This document shows positions 45,087-55,108 of a stretch of DNA of 64,000 nucleotides, in pieces. Numbering within the stretch: position 1 is the first letter of the stretch; every line of letters starts with the position of its first letter. Position numbers and translations under genes: made by a program. The notes beneath the pieces were generated by a model, which was not told the origin of the DNA, searched no databases, and saw only the letters and a program-made list of their open reading frames with translations. Source of the stretch: Gammaproteobacteria bacterium (GTDB lineage: Bacteria; Pseudomonadota; Gammaproteobacteria; Arenicellales; Poriferihabitantaceae); assembly GCA_009842505.1 (NCBI GenBank), contig VYFG01000145.1, positions 7,151-71,150 of the forward strand. Direction: 5' to 3'.

Positions 45087-46619
45087 ATGTCCGAACCCCC
45101 CCGCAAGCGTGGCGGTCGACGTGCCCGCGGCATCGCCGCCGGCAACGCCGCCCCCGTCATCGGTCCCTATATTTCGAGGAAAATCCCGGTTTATGAACTG
45201 ATCGGCGAGGAAGGCCTTGAGATCATCGAGCGCAATGCCGACACCATCCTGCAGGAGATCGGCATCGACTTCCGCTATGAGCCGGCGCTGAGGCTGTTTC
45301 GCGAGGCCGGGGCGGATGTCCAGGGGGAAAGGGTACGCTTCCCGGCGGGCATGTGCCGCGGGATCATCCGGGACTCGGCCCCTTCGGAGTTCGAGCAAAA
45401 GGCGCGAAATCCGGCGCGCAATGTCGTCATCGGCGGAAACAACACCGTGTTCGCGCCGGTGTACGGGCCACCTTTCGTACGGGACCTTGACCACGGCAGA
45501 CGCTACGCGGTCATCGAGGATTTCCGGAACTTGGTCAAGCTCACCTACATGCTGCCATCCCTGCACCACTCCGGCGGCACCGTCTGCGAACCCACCGACC
45601 TGCCCGTGAACAAGCGCCATTTCGACATGGTGTACTCACACATACGCTACAGCGACAAGCCGTTCATGGGATCCGTGACCCAGCCGGAGCGGGCGCAGGA
45701 CAGCGTGGACATGTGCAAGATCGTGTTCGGTGAGGACTACGTCGACCGGAACACGGTGCTGGTCAACCTGATCAATGCCAATTCGCCCATGGTGTTCGAT
45801 GACACCATGCTCGGCGCCTGCGAGGTCTACGCCCGCAACAACCAGGCCAGCGTGGTGTCCCCCTTCATTCTGGCCGGCGCCATGTCGCCGGTCACCGCGG
45901 CCGGAACGCTCACGCAGATTCTTGCCGAAGCCATGGCTGGCATGGCGTTCACGCAACTGGTGCGTCCGGGCTCGCCGGTCATCTTCGGCACGTTCGCCAG
46001 TTCCATGTCCATGCAGTCGGGGGCGCCAACGTTCGGCACCCCGGAACCCGCCATCGTGCTCAATGGGGCCGCGGCCCTGGCCCGGCGACTGGGCGTACCC
46101 TTTCGCAGCGGCGGCTCGTTGTGCGGCTCCAAGGTGCCGGATGCCCAGGCGGCCCATGAAAGCGCGCAGACCCTGCTCCCCACGGTGCATGCGGGCGTCA
46201 ACTTTGTCCTTCACGCCGCGGGATGGCTGGAGGGCGGCCTCGTGTCCAGCTACGAAAAGCTGGTCATGGACGCGGACCAGCTCGGCATGATGCAAGTGTA
46301 TGCGAACGGGATCGACCTGTCCGAGAACGGCCAGGCCATGGGGGCCGTGCGCGAGGTGGGTCCCGGTGCCCATTTCCTCGGCTGCGCACACACCCAGGAG
46401 AATTTCATGACCGCGTTCTACCGTTCCAGTGTGGCCGACAACAACAGCTTCGAGCAGTGGGAATCGGAGGGTTCGAAGGATGCCGCCATGCGGGCCAACG
46501 GCCTGTGGAAAAAGCTGCTGGCGGACTACGAGGCACCCCCGCTGGACCCCGCCGTCGACGAGGCGCTCTTGGCATTCATCAGCCGCCGGAAGAGCGAGTT
46601 CGAGGACATGAACTACTGA
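45087..46619 (+). CDS. MttB-superfamily (trimethylamine methyltransferase-like) quaternary amine:corrinoid methyltransferase with no in-frame stop (non-pyrrolysine type)
   Basis: 510 aa. LEIIERNADTILQEIGIDFR..ALRLFREAGADV, NSPMVFD and GANRxxHAAGWLEGGL-like segments typical of MttB/MtgB homologues. The reading frame is uninterrupted. Confidence 0.8.
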   Translation: MSEPPRKRGGRRARGIAAGNAAPVIGPYISRKIPVYELIGEEGLEIIERNADTILQEIGIDFRYEPALRLFREAGADVQGERVRFPAGMCRGIIRDSAPSEFEQKARNPARNVVIGGNNTVFAPVYGPPFVRDLDHGRRYAVIEDFRNLVKLTYMLPSLHHSGGTVCEPTDLPVNKRHFDMVYSHIRYSDKPFMGSVTQPERAQDSVDMCKIVFGEDYVDRNTVLVNLINANSPMVFDDTMLGACEVYARNNQASVVSPFILAGAMSPVTAAGTLTQILAEAMAGMAFTQLVRPGSPVIFGTFASSMSMQSGAPTFGTPEPAIVLNGAAALARRLGVPFRSGGSLCGSKVPDAQAAHESAQTLLPTVHAGVNFVLHAAGWLEGGLVSSYEKLVMDADQLGMMQVYANGIDLSENGQAMGAVREVGPGAHFLGCAHTQENFMTAFYRSSVADNNSFEQWESEGSKDAAMRANGLWKKLLADYEAPPLDPAVDEALLAFISRRKSEFEDMNY

Positions 46620-46823
46620 TGTCCTCGCTGCATGCAAACCTGCGGAAGCACCACGGGACGACGGAGTCCGGAACCCGGCCCGGAATACTCCCGGCAGCGG
46701 CACCGTCCCCCCGATAGTACCGATTCGCCGCCTTGGAGATGCGGCTCCGGCGGCGGCCCAGACATTGGCGGTTCACTGCAGCGTGGGTTGACAGGGAACC
46801 TCCGCGGGGCAAATCATATCGGC

Positions 46824-47858
46824 TTGAAGCATTCGACCGACATACTCCGGCGCATCGAACTTGGCTGGCATCAACCGCGCATCGTCAACCGGTTGCTGCT
46901 GCCCCTGTCTTGGTTGTACTGTGCCCTGGCGGTACTGGTCCGCCTGTCCTGGCGGATCGGGCTGCGCCGTCCGGAACGCGTTGGCGTGCCGGTGCTCGTG
47001 GTCGGCAACCTGACGGTTGGAGGGACCGGCAAGACGCCCCTTGTCATCGCGCTGGCTGCCCATTTCCGTTCGAGCGGCTGCCGGCCCGGTATCGTCAGCC
47101 GGGGATACGGAGGCAGGACTTCGGCCGTACCCCACGGGGTCACCGGTTCCGATACCTCCTCCGCCGTGGGCGACGAGGCCCTGCTGCTGCAGCGGCACAG
47201 CGGGGTTCCCGTGGCGGTTTGTGCCGACAGGGTGGCCGCCGCGAGGCATCTGGTGGACAACGATGGCTGCAACCTCATCATCAGCGATGACGGCCTGCAG
47301 CATCACCGGCTCCACCGCGACCTGGATATCGTGGTGGTCGACACCATGCGCGGCTTCGGCAATGGCTGGTGCCTGCCGGCGGGACCCCTGCGGGAGCCGA
47401 AATCCGTGCTGCGGCATGCGGACATCAAGGTGTTCAACGGTGCCGGGGCGGTGGGCAAGGACCGGGAGTTCGGCATGATCATGGAGGGAGCCGAGGCGCA
47501 CTCGTTGCGGGACCGGGTCCGCAAACTGCCCTTGGCGGGTTTTGCGGGAGACCCCGTCCACGCCGTGGCGGGGATCGGCAATCCGGAGCGGTTCTTTCGG
47601 CACCTCGAGGGCGCGGGCCTGGCCGTGGTGCGGCATGCATTTCCGGATCACCATACCTACACGGAAAGCGATTTTGGCTTTGCCGGTGACGACAGCGTGA
47701 TCCTGATGACCGAAAAGGATGCGGTCAAGTGCGATCACCTGGATATAGCCGGGGGTGTTTTCTGTGTGCCGGTGTCAGCACGAATCTCCCCGGGGTTCTT
47801 CGCCGCCGTGCAACGTCACCTGGACATTAGGTCCGCGCCCCGGAACCCGGAACCATGA
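46824..47858 (+). CDS. lpxK: Tetraacyldisaccharide 4'-kinase
   Basis: LLLPLSWLY and P-loop VVGNLTVGGTGKTP. Start placed at the TTG at 46824; the track's start at 46632 adds a non-homologous 64 aa. Confidence 0.85.
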   Translation: MKHSTDILRRIELGWHQPRIVNRLLLPLSWLYCALAVLVRLSWRIGLRRPERVGVPVLVVGNLTVGGTGKTPLVIALAAHFRSSGCRPGIVSRGYGGRTSAVPHGVTGSDTSSAVGDEALLLQRHSGVPVAVCADRVAAARHLVDNDGCNLIISDDGLQHHRLHRDLDIVVVDTMRGFGNGWCLPAGPLREPKSVLRHADIKVFNGAGAVGKDREFGMIMEGAEAHSLRDRVRKLPLAGFAGDPVHAVAGIGNPERFFRHLEGAGLAVVRHAFPDHHTYTESDFGFAGDDSVILMTEKDAVKCDHLDIAGGVFCVPVSARISPGFFAAVQRHLDIRSAPRNPEP

Positions 47859-48628
47859 ACACGCGCTTTCACGTCGTCATCCCTGCCCGTTATGCTTCCA
47901 CGCGCCTGCCGGGGAAACCATTGCTGGACATCGCCGGCAAGCCCATGATCCAGCATGTCTACGAGGCCGCCCTCGCCAGTGGTGCAGCGAGTGTGACCGT
48001 GGCCACCGACGACCGGCGCATCGAGTCCGCCGTGCAGCATGCCGGAGGGGTCGCCGTCATGACCGGGAAGGATCACGCTTCCGGCAGCGATCGTATCGCC
48101 GAGGCCTGTAGCGTGCTTGGGCTGGCGGACGACGAGGTGGTGGTGAATGTACAGGGGGACGAGCCGCAGATGCCCCCGTCCCTGATTCGCCAGGTCGCCG
48201 AATTGCTGGTGGTGCGGGAAGACGCGGCCATGGCGACATTGTGCACCCCATTCATCGGTGCCGGTGAATTTGCCGATTCCTCCGCCGTGAAGGTGGTGCT
48301 GGGAGATGCTGACAGGGCCGTCTATTTCAGCCGGGCGCCGGTGCCCTGGCACTGCTCCCGGGATTCCTCCGACCTTTCGGGGGAAGCCTGGCAGCATGCC
48401 TTCAGGCACCTGGGCATCTATGCGTACCGCTCTGGCTATCTGCGCACATTCTCCGGCCGCGGGCCCTGTCCGCTGGAACGCAGGGAGCGCCTGGAGCAAT
48501 TACGTGTTCTCTGGCATGGGGAGTGCATTGCCTGTGCATTGGCCGTCGAGGCGCCTCCTGCCGGTGTGGACACCGCCGAAGACCTGGCAGGCGTCAGGCT
48601 CCGGCTGGAGGGGAACCCGGAGAGCTGA
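47855..48628 (+). CDS. kdsB: 3-deoxy-manno-octulosonate cytidylyltransferase
   Basis: VVIPARYASTRLPGKPL and NVQGDEP. Overlaps the lpxK stop by 4 nt. Confidence 0.92.
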   Translation: MNTRFHVVIPARYASTRLPGKPLLDIAGKPMIQHVYEAALASGAASVTVATDDRRIESAVQHAGGVAVMTGKDHASGSDRIAEACSVLGLADDEVVVNVQGDEPQMPPSLIRQVAELLVVREDAAMATLCTPFIGAGEFADSSAVKVVLGDADRAVYFSRAPVPWHCSRDSSDLSGEAWQHAFRHLGIYAYRSGYLRTFSGRGPCPLERRERLEQLRVLWHGECIACALAVEAPPAGVDTAEDLAGVRLRLEGNPES

Positions 48629-48969
48629 AATGACGGACAGCCCGTTGCCGAAAACGCCGTCCCTGTCCACTATCGTCAAGAAATTCCTATGGCATCAGGG
48701 ATCCGGCCATCAGGTTCCAGTTATGGTTGTTGATGGCGGAAGGGGCCGTGGCGGTATAAGATGACCCCCAAGATTTTGACGGTCATTCCAACATATCCGG
48801 GCATTCTCCTTAACGGCTGAGATGAAGAGCGATACCATGCGGAATATTCTCCACGGCCCACTTGGGCGTCGTGGCCTCAGCATGCGCGGGGCTTCCCCGG
48901 TCGCTGGCCGTAATCCCGGCCGCATGTGCCGGTTCCCGAGCGTGAAATGCCAGGGGCGCTGACAGCGAG

Positions 48970-50124
48970 ATGACCGAAATCACCCTGGGCATAGAAGAGG
49001 AGCTGATGATCGTGGACCCGGGATCACGGGACGTGGTTCCCGAGCCCGACGGGCAGGTCCTGGTCCAGGCGAGTGAACAGGCAGGCGAGAACAAGGTGGT
49101 CAGCGAATTCCTGCGATCGCAGGTCGAGACCAATTCCAGGGTATGCGCCTCAATCGCCGAGGTCGAGCAGAGTCTGCGGGAGACGCGGCGTTGCGTGATC
49201 GACGCCGCACGGGCGTACGGTGCGCGGATTATCGCGTCCTCCACTCATCCCTGGGCCCGTTGGCAGGACCAGAAGGTGACGGAGAAGGACCGCTACCGGC
49301 GCGCAGAAATCTTGATGCAGGACAGCGTACGCCAGTTCTTCATCGGCGGGATGCACATCCATGCCGGTTTCGGCGACGACGACCGCAGGATCGAGGTGAT
49401 GCACGCCCTGCGCGGCTATCTGGCGGTGTTTCTGGTGCTCTCCTGTTCTTCGCCCTTCCACGGGGGACGTCTGACCGGACTCAAGTCATACCGGCAGATG
49501 GCGATTACCGCGCTGCCGCGCACCGGAACCCCTCCCGCAATGCGCACGCGCAACGATTACGATACCGTGCTGGAACGCTACCTCGCGATCGAGGCGATTG
49601 AGGATGGCAGCGAGCTGCGGTGGGATATCCGGCCGTCCGCCAGCTATCCGACCATAGAGCTCAGGATCTGCGATATCTGCCCCCGGATCGAGGACGCCGT
49701 GTCAATCGCGGCACTGTACGCGTGCCTCATCCGCCATCTGGACGCAAGGCTCGAATCCGGCGAACGCCTTGAGTCGATTCCTCCGGAATCGATAGAGGAG
49801 GGGCGTTGGCTGGCGCAGCGCTATGGTACATTTGCATTCTTGCCGCACTGGAAGGGAGCCGGTGGCCGGATCGATGTCGAGGACCTGGTGATCGAACTGG
49901 TCGACATGCTCCGTGACGATGCGGACGCACTCGGGTGCGAGACGGCGCTTGCGCGGATCCCGAGCATCATCTCGGAAGGCAACAGTGCTGACCGGCAGGA
50001 GGACGTTTACCGGCAGGCCATTCTCGATGGGGCCAACAACCGTGAAGCGTTGCAGAAGGTAGTCGATCTTGTCATCGCCGAAACCGAGCCGGGACCGGCT
50101 GCCAGTGCTGGACAAGACATCTGA
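48970..50124 (+). CDS. ybdK: Carboxylate-amine ligase, YbdK/GCS2 family
   Basis: LGIEEELMIVDP, GMHIHAG and the ELRICD motif (IELRICDICP). Confidence 0.85.
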   Translation: MTEITLGIEEELMIVDPGSRDVVPEPDGQVLVQASEQAGENKVVSEFLRSQVETNSRVCASIAEVEQSLRETRRCVIDAARAYGARIIASSTHPWARWQDQKVTEKDRYRRAEILMQDSVRQFFIGGMHIHAGFGDDDRRIEVMHALRGYLAVFLVLSCSSPFHGGRLTGLKSYRQMAITALPRTGTPPAMRTRNDYDTVLERYLAIEAIEDGSELRWDIRPSASYPTIELRICDICPRIEDAVSIAALYACLIRHLDARLESGERLESIPPESIEEGRWLAQRYGTFAFLPHWKGAGGRIDVEDLVIELVDMLRDDADALGCETALARIPSIISEGNSADRQEDVYRQAILDGANNREALQKVVDLVIAETEPGPAASAGQDI

Positions 50125-50163
50125 AAACCCGGGATGTACCCAGGCACCCTGGAGGAACCTGCG

Positions 50164-50718
50164 ATGAACAAAATCCTGCGAACCACCGTCCTCATGGCGG
50201 CCCTGTTTCTCAATCCCGCCTGGTCGGATCAGAATGCCCCCGCCCTTGACGGCCTGTTCGATCGTCTGTTGTCCCCGGAGACATCGCAGGCGGAGGCCCG
50301 CGCAGTCACCGCGCGGATCTGGAATCACTGGCTTGCCAGCGACAATCCCAGGGCCCGGCGGCTGATGGCGCTGGGAATCCGAAGCATGAACCAGTTCGCC
50401 CTGGACGAAGCTGCCCAAATTTTCACGGACCTCATCGACATCGCGCCGGACTTTGCCGAAGCATGGAACAAGCGTGCCACGGTCCTTTACATGATGGGCA
50501 AGTACGATCAGTCCACCGCCGATGTCCGGGAAACCCTGCGCCTTGAGCCGCGCCATTTCGGGGCGCTGTCGGGGCAGGGTCTGATCTACATGGAGACCGG
50601 CAAACAGGCCGAGGCCCTGCACTGGTTTCGCCGTGCCCTGGAGGTAAACCCGTTCATGGAGGGCGTCCAGCAGAACGTGAAGCTGCTTGAGGATGCGCTT
50701 GAGGGCAGGGTGATCTGA
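50164..50718 (+). CDS. Secreted TPR-repeat protein
   Basis: Signal peptide MNKILRTTVLMAALFLNPAWS, then TPR-like repeats (AEAWNKRATVLYMMGKYDQS..., ALHWFRRALEVNP). SD GGAGG lies upstream of the ATG at 50164. Confidence 0.7.
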   Translation: MNKILRTTVLMAALFLNPAWSDQNAPALDGLFDRLLSPETSQAEARAVTARIWNHWLASDNPRARRLMALGIRSMNQFALDEAAQIFTDLIDIAPDFAEAWNKRATVLYMMGKYDQSTADVRETLRLEPRHFGALSGQGLIYMETGKQAEALHWFRRALEVNPFMEGVQQNVKLLEDALEGRVI

Positions 50719-51023
50719 ACCGGCCCTGCCTTGGCCTTAAATTCCACTAGGGGATGGAAAAGGCTGCTATTCATGGCATAACGGCCGTGTAATCAGTCGG
50801 CCAGGCCAACCAGAGAACATTTAGAAAAACAATACTGTTTTCCTGAAAAACGCAACGTTTGATAATGCCGCAAGGTATTGAAAAAAAGTAATTTCGAAAA
50901 TATATGGGCGCGGCAGGGTCGGGGACTTCACAACTGGCGCGTGACAATGATCTGGCCGATGTCGCAGCAGGCATGCCGTTCCTGGATCACGCCTGGCCGG
51001 TGAGGTTGAACTCTATCCCCTGA

Positions 51024-51977
51024 TCAGCGGCGACGGCTGACAGCGTCCGCCACCACGCAGAGGATTTCGAACATCATGGTGGCGCCCACCAGGGCGGTGT
51101 TGCCGGAAGGGTCGAACGGCGGCGCAACCTCCACCACGTCGCCACCCACCAGGTTGAGTTCCGACAGCCCGCGGATCATGATCTGTGCCTCGAGGGTGGA
51201 ATAGCCCCCCACCTCCGGCGTGCCCGTTCCGGGGGCATAGACCGGGTCCAGGGCATCCACATCGAAGCTGATGTAGGTAGGGCCGTCACCCACGATCCGC
51301 TTGGCTTCTTCGATTACCGCTTTCGGTCCCATCTCGAAGTATTCCTCGATGTAGATCACCCGCATCCCCGCATCATGGCTGAATTTCCACACATCAGGAT
51401 CATTAAGGGAGCCCCTGATGCCGATCTGAATGGTGCGTTTCGGGTCAAGCAGGCCCTCCTCCACCGCCCTCGAGAACGGCGCACCGTGGTGGAAGCGGGA
51501 GCCCAGGTAGTCATCCCCGGTGTCGCAATGGGCATCGAAATGGACCATGCCCACCGGCTCCTTGGCGGCAAGCGCCCGAAAAATGGGCAGGGTGATGGAA
51601 TGATCGCCGCCGGCGGATACCGGTACGATGCCCGCCGCCGTCACCCGGTGATAGAAATCCTCGATTTCCCGGTGACTGCCTTCGAGGGTGAACGGCTTCT
51701 GCACCCACGCATCCCCGATGTCCGCCACCCGGCAAAGATCATGGGGCGAGACGCCGGTTGCCTGGTTCATGCGCCGGATGAGGCTCGACTGGTTGCGGAT
51801 TTCCCGGGGGCCGTGCCGGGCGCCGGTACGGTTGGTGACGCCGCCATCGAACGGGACTCCCACAAGACCGACATCGACATCGCGCATGTCCTCCCGGTAG
51901 GGCGCACGCAGGAAGGTTGGCAAGCCGGTATAGCGGGGCCGTACAATGGGATCCAGGAACTCGGGGTAGTCAGTCAT
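51024..51977 (-). CDS. speB: Agmatinase/guanidino-acid hydrolase (ureohydrolase family)
   Basis: Mn-binding motifs GGDHSIT, HFDAHCDT and SFDVDALDP. Start at the internal ATG at 51977 (MTDYPEF). Substrate specificity is not determinable from sequence alone. Confidence 0.85.
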   Translation of the reverse strand: MTDYPEFLDPIVRPRYTGLPTFLRAPYREDMRDVDVGLVGVPFDGGVTNRTGARHGPREIRNQSSLIRRMNQATGVSPHDLCRVADIGDAWVQKPFTLEGSHREIEDFYHRVTAAGIVPVSAGGDHSITLPIFRALAAKEPVGMVHFDAHCDTGDDYLGSRFHHGAPFSRAVEEGLLDPKRTIQIGIRGSLNDPDVWKFSHDAGMRVIYIEEYFEMGPKAVIEEAKRIVGDGPTYISFDVDALDPVYAPGTGTPEVGGYSTLEAQIMIRGLSELNLVGGDVVEVAPPFDPSGNTALVGATMMFEILCVVADAVSRRR

Positions 51978-52123
51978 GCTCTCAGCCGCGGGAGGGTTGC
52001 GGGCAGTATACGCAATATTTGCCCGGCGATGAGATGTCAACGGACTTGCAAGCCGCCGCACGGTTCGGGCAGAGTCCCGGTGTTGCAGTCACCGTCATCA
52101 TGTCCACAGGCTAGGCACATCCC

Positions 52124-53488
52124 ATGCAACGAGAGACCGGAGGTTTGTCCAGCGGCAGTGGCCGCAGCGTGAAAAGGCGGCATCGTTACCTGCGGGACCT
52201 GCAAAACGGCCTGACGCCCGAGGAGCGTCTGAACAAGGTGGTGACGGACGCCATGTGCATCGGCTGCGGACTGTGCCAGAGCATCGCCGGCCGGGAGCGG
52301 GTGCAGATGCGACTGGTGGAAAACCTGACCGAACGGCCCGTGATCACCGGGGAACTGGATGCCGGGACCGTGGACAGGATCTACCGTGTCTGTCCCGCAA
52401 CGCGTATCGAAGGGCTGCCGGAGACACTGATCGACTCCGCCAGCAGGTCCGACAAGGTCTGGGGTGTCTGGCGCCGGCTGGTGCTGGCCTGGGCTGCCGA
52501 GCCGGACATCCGTCATCTTGGCTCCACCGGGGGATTCCTCACTGCCCTGGCGCTTTACCTGCTGGAACGGGGGGAAGTGGACTTCATTGTCCATGCCCGG
52601 GCCTCGCGGAGATATCCCGCGTTCGGGGAGCGCGCCATCAGCCGCAGCCGGGAGGACATCATCGCTGCGGCGGGATCCCGCTATGGCCCCACGGCCACCC
52701 TGGTGGACATGCTGGAGGTCCTGGACCGGGCGGAGGCCGCAGACGAACGCTTCGCGTTCATCGGTACGCCCTGCGACGTGACCGGGCTGAGAAACCTGGC
52801 TACGGAGGATTCCAGGGTGGACAGGCTGTGCCGCTACCAGCTCACCATGGTCTGTGGCGGTTTCATGGCGCCCACCGCCCTGCGGCGGTACCTGCGGGAA
52901 CTGGACGTGGAATGGGACGATCTGCATGCCTTGCGCTACCGGGGCCACGGCTGTCCGGGACCCACCCGGGTGGAAGCAGCCGATGGCAGGGCAATCGAGA
53001 GGAATTATCTCGATTTCTGGGGGGAGGATGAATCCTCCTGGCAATTGCCGTTCCGCTGCAAGGTCTGCGCCGACGGCATCGGTGACGCCGCGGATATTGC
53101 GGCGGCCGATACCTGGGACGGGGGCTCACCTCCCTGGGAGGGCCAGGAGAAGGACCCGGGCAGCAACGCGGTGATCGCCAGGAGCCGCCGGGGCGAAGAG
53201 CTGCTTGCGCGGGCGGAGGCTGCGGGTTATGTCGCCACGGGGGAAGGCCTGACTCCGCGGGACCTGGACCGACTGCAGCCGCACCAGGTGACCAAGAAGC
53301 TCGCGGTCTGGTCCCGGTTCGTCGGCATGCGCAGCGCGGGCCGCATCGTGCCGGACGTGGCCAGGCTGCGCCTCAAGTCGCTGGCCAGGACCAACACGCT
53401 GGCGGAGAACCTGGACCAGGCCCGGGGAACCAGGAATCGATGCCTGGACGGCAGCAACAGCGAGCCTCTTCCGGAACCGGTGGAATAG
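52124..53488 (+). CDS. Coenzyme F420 hydrogenase/dehydrogenase beta-subunit (FrhB/FdhB)-like Fe-S flavoprotein
   Basis: N-terminal ferredoxin-like CIGCGLC, GSTGGFLTAL and C-terminal CKVCADGIGDAADI segments similar to the FrhB family. Confidence 0.6.
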   Translation: MQRETGGLSSGSGRSVKRRHRYLRDLQNGLTPEERLNKVVTDAMCIGCGLCQSIAGRERVQMRLVENLTERPVITGELDAGTVDRIYRVCPATRIEGLPETLIDSASRSDKVWGVWRRLVLAWAAEPDIRHLGSTGGFLTALALYLLERGEVDFIVHARASRRYPAFGERAISRSREDIIAAAGSRYGPTATLVDMLEVLDRAEAADERFAFIGTPCDVTGLRNLATEDSRVDRLCRYQLTMVCGGFMAPTALRRYLRELDVEWDDLHALRYRGHGCPGPTRVEAADGRAIERNYLDFWGEDESSWQLPFRCKVCADGIGDAADIAAADTWDGGSPPWEGQEKDPGSNAVIARSRRGEELLARAEAAGYVATGEGLTPRDLDRLQPHQVTKKLAVWSRFVGMRSAGRIVPDVARLRLKSLARTNTLAENLDQARGTRNRCLDGSNSEPLPEPVE

Positions 53489-53513
53489 CCCCGGGAACAA
53501 TGCCGCGCACCCG

Positions 53514-54032
53514 TCATGCGCCAGCACGCTTCAACAGGTCAAGGTACGATTCCTCGATCAGTCCGGCTTCGTCTATGGCCAGGGCATCCATGATCCCGAG
53601 GGCGGTACGCTTCCCGTCCTGGACGGTGTCGTCTTCATCCAGTACGACTTCGAGTTCGACAAATTCTCCCAGCCCTTCGACGCTGTCCAGATGAATCCTG
53701 GTGCTGCCCACGAGAAACAGCAGGCGTTTCTTCCTGACGAATCCCCGCACTCCGTTTGACCGCGCGAGTGACTCCTCCAGGGGCCCGGGATGATGAACCG
53801 GGGTGATGATATAGTTGCTTTCCCTGGGCCCGTTCAGGTTCGGCCGATCGTAATAGATCAATTGTCCGGTGCCGTCCGGGAATTTTCTCAGCTTCAGGCG
53901 TCCGTTGCCGCATTCGAAGAAAACGTCCTCCTGCCAGATGGTTTCCACCTCGGTGTCGGATATCGCAAGCACACTGGACCGCATCTCTTCCGGATTGTCC
54001 ACCCGCGCCTTGATTTCGATGTTTCTTGCCAT
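53514..54032 (-). CDS. CYTH-domain protein (class IV adenylate cyclase CyaB-like)
   Basis: N-terminal IEIKARV (ExExK motif), 172 aa, with a beta-barrel CYTH pattern. Confidence 0.75.
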   Translation of the reverse strand: MARNIEIKARVDNPEEMRSSVLAISDTEVETIWQEDVFFECGNGRLKLRKFPDGTGQLIYYDRPNLNGPRESNYIITPVHHPGPLEESLARSNGVRGFVRKKRLLFLVGSTRIHLDSVEGLGEFVELEVVLDEDDTVQDGKRTALGIMDALAIDEAGLIEESYLDLLKRAGA

Positions 54033-54193
54033 TGCGGTTCAGTTGTGTACCTGCTGGAGGGTTTGTATATCATGCCGGTGAAGCCTTTGCGCACTCGGTC
54101 GGGCGTGGGCCAATGTTCGCTGCCGGGGCCGGGTCCGGCAACAGTCACGAATCTTGACCCGTCATGGCTAAGTCATTTTCGGGATTACCCGGA

Positions 54194-55108
54194 TCACGTT
54201 TCCCGGTCAGACGAATCAGTAGGCGGCGTATTGCGTCCCGGCCCATTCACGCTCCGGGCATTGGCTGCAGCCGGCAACAGAAAGTCCGCGAGCGCTCCTA
54301 CGACGCCGTCAAGGGACCCGGGGTCGGCATTCAGATTCTGCTTGAAGCTTTCCCACTGCCGCTGCCTGACGGGATTTTTCGCGAACACCTGCGACAATCC
54401 GTCCGGAACTCCATCCGGAATCGTTGTGCCCCGCCGTGCAAAGGTTGCAGATATTGCCTGTGAGAGACGTGATCGCTCGATCTCGAAGGTCTGGCTGATG
54501 ACCCACAGGTCGTAGTAGTCCTTCATTCGGCTGTTGGCCATGCCCAGGGTCACGATGGCCTGAAATTTCTCTGCAACCACGGTCTCCCGGGCATATCCAC
54601 GCAGTCGTGGCGCCGGCATGTCGAGCAAGACCGGATAGTCGAGCCACTCGGCGGGAGGATCGGTCGCATCTCCAAAACCGACATCGACATTGATGGCGAT
54701 GCGTGCACCGTCAATATCAGCTGTCGTCCGAAAACGGAGTCCTCCATATTCGTTCGCCTGTCGAATATCAGTGACCTGCACTGCGCCGGTGTCGAACACA
54801 ACCCCGTCCGGCTGTTCCAGTCCGAGAACTTCCCTGATGACAGCCAGCACTGCTTCCGGTGTCGGATCGCCGTAACCCAGAAGATCGAGATCGCGCGTAC
54901 CGCGAAACGGCTCATTGAACCACGTCATCAGCAACATGGCTCCCTTCAGAACGAAACGGTCGGCGTATCGGGATTGAGCCAGTCGGTAGAGCAGGCGCTC
55001 GATCGCATAGTGGGTCAGGACCAGATCGAAGTTCTGACCCTTCTCCTTGCTGATCGCAAGGAGGCGGGCCCGAACCGAGGCGCCGATGTTCTTGGCTGAC
55101 CTAGGCAT
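54194..55108 (-). CDS. AbiEii/AbiGii nucleotidyltransferase toxin (type IV TA)
   Basis: FVLKGAMLLMTWF...RGTRDLDLLGYG is the DUF1814 nucleotidyltransferase motif. Overlaps the upstream antitoxin gene by 8 nt. Confidence 0.85.
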   Translation of the reverse strand: MPRSAKNIGASVRARLLAISKEKGQNFDLVLTHYAIERLLYRLAQSRYADRFVLKGAMLLMTWFNEPFRGTRDLDLLGYGDPTPEAVLAVIREVLGLEQPDGVVFDTGAVQVTDIRQANEYGGLRFRTTADIDGARIAINVDVGFGDATDPPAEWLDYPVLLDMPAPRLRGYARETVVAEKFQAIVTLGMANSRMKDYYDLWVISQTFEIERSRLSQAISATFARRGTTIPDGVPDGLSQVFAKNPVRQRQWESFKQNLNADPGSLDGVVGALADFLLPAAANARSVNGPGRNTPPTDSSDRET

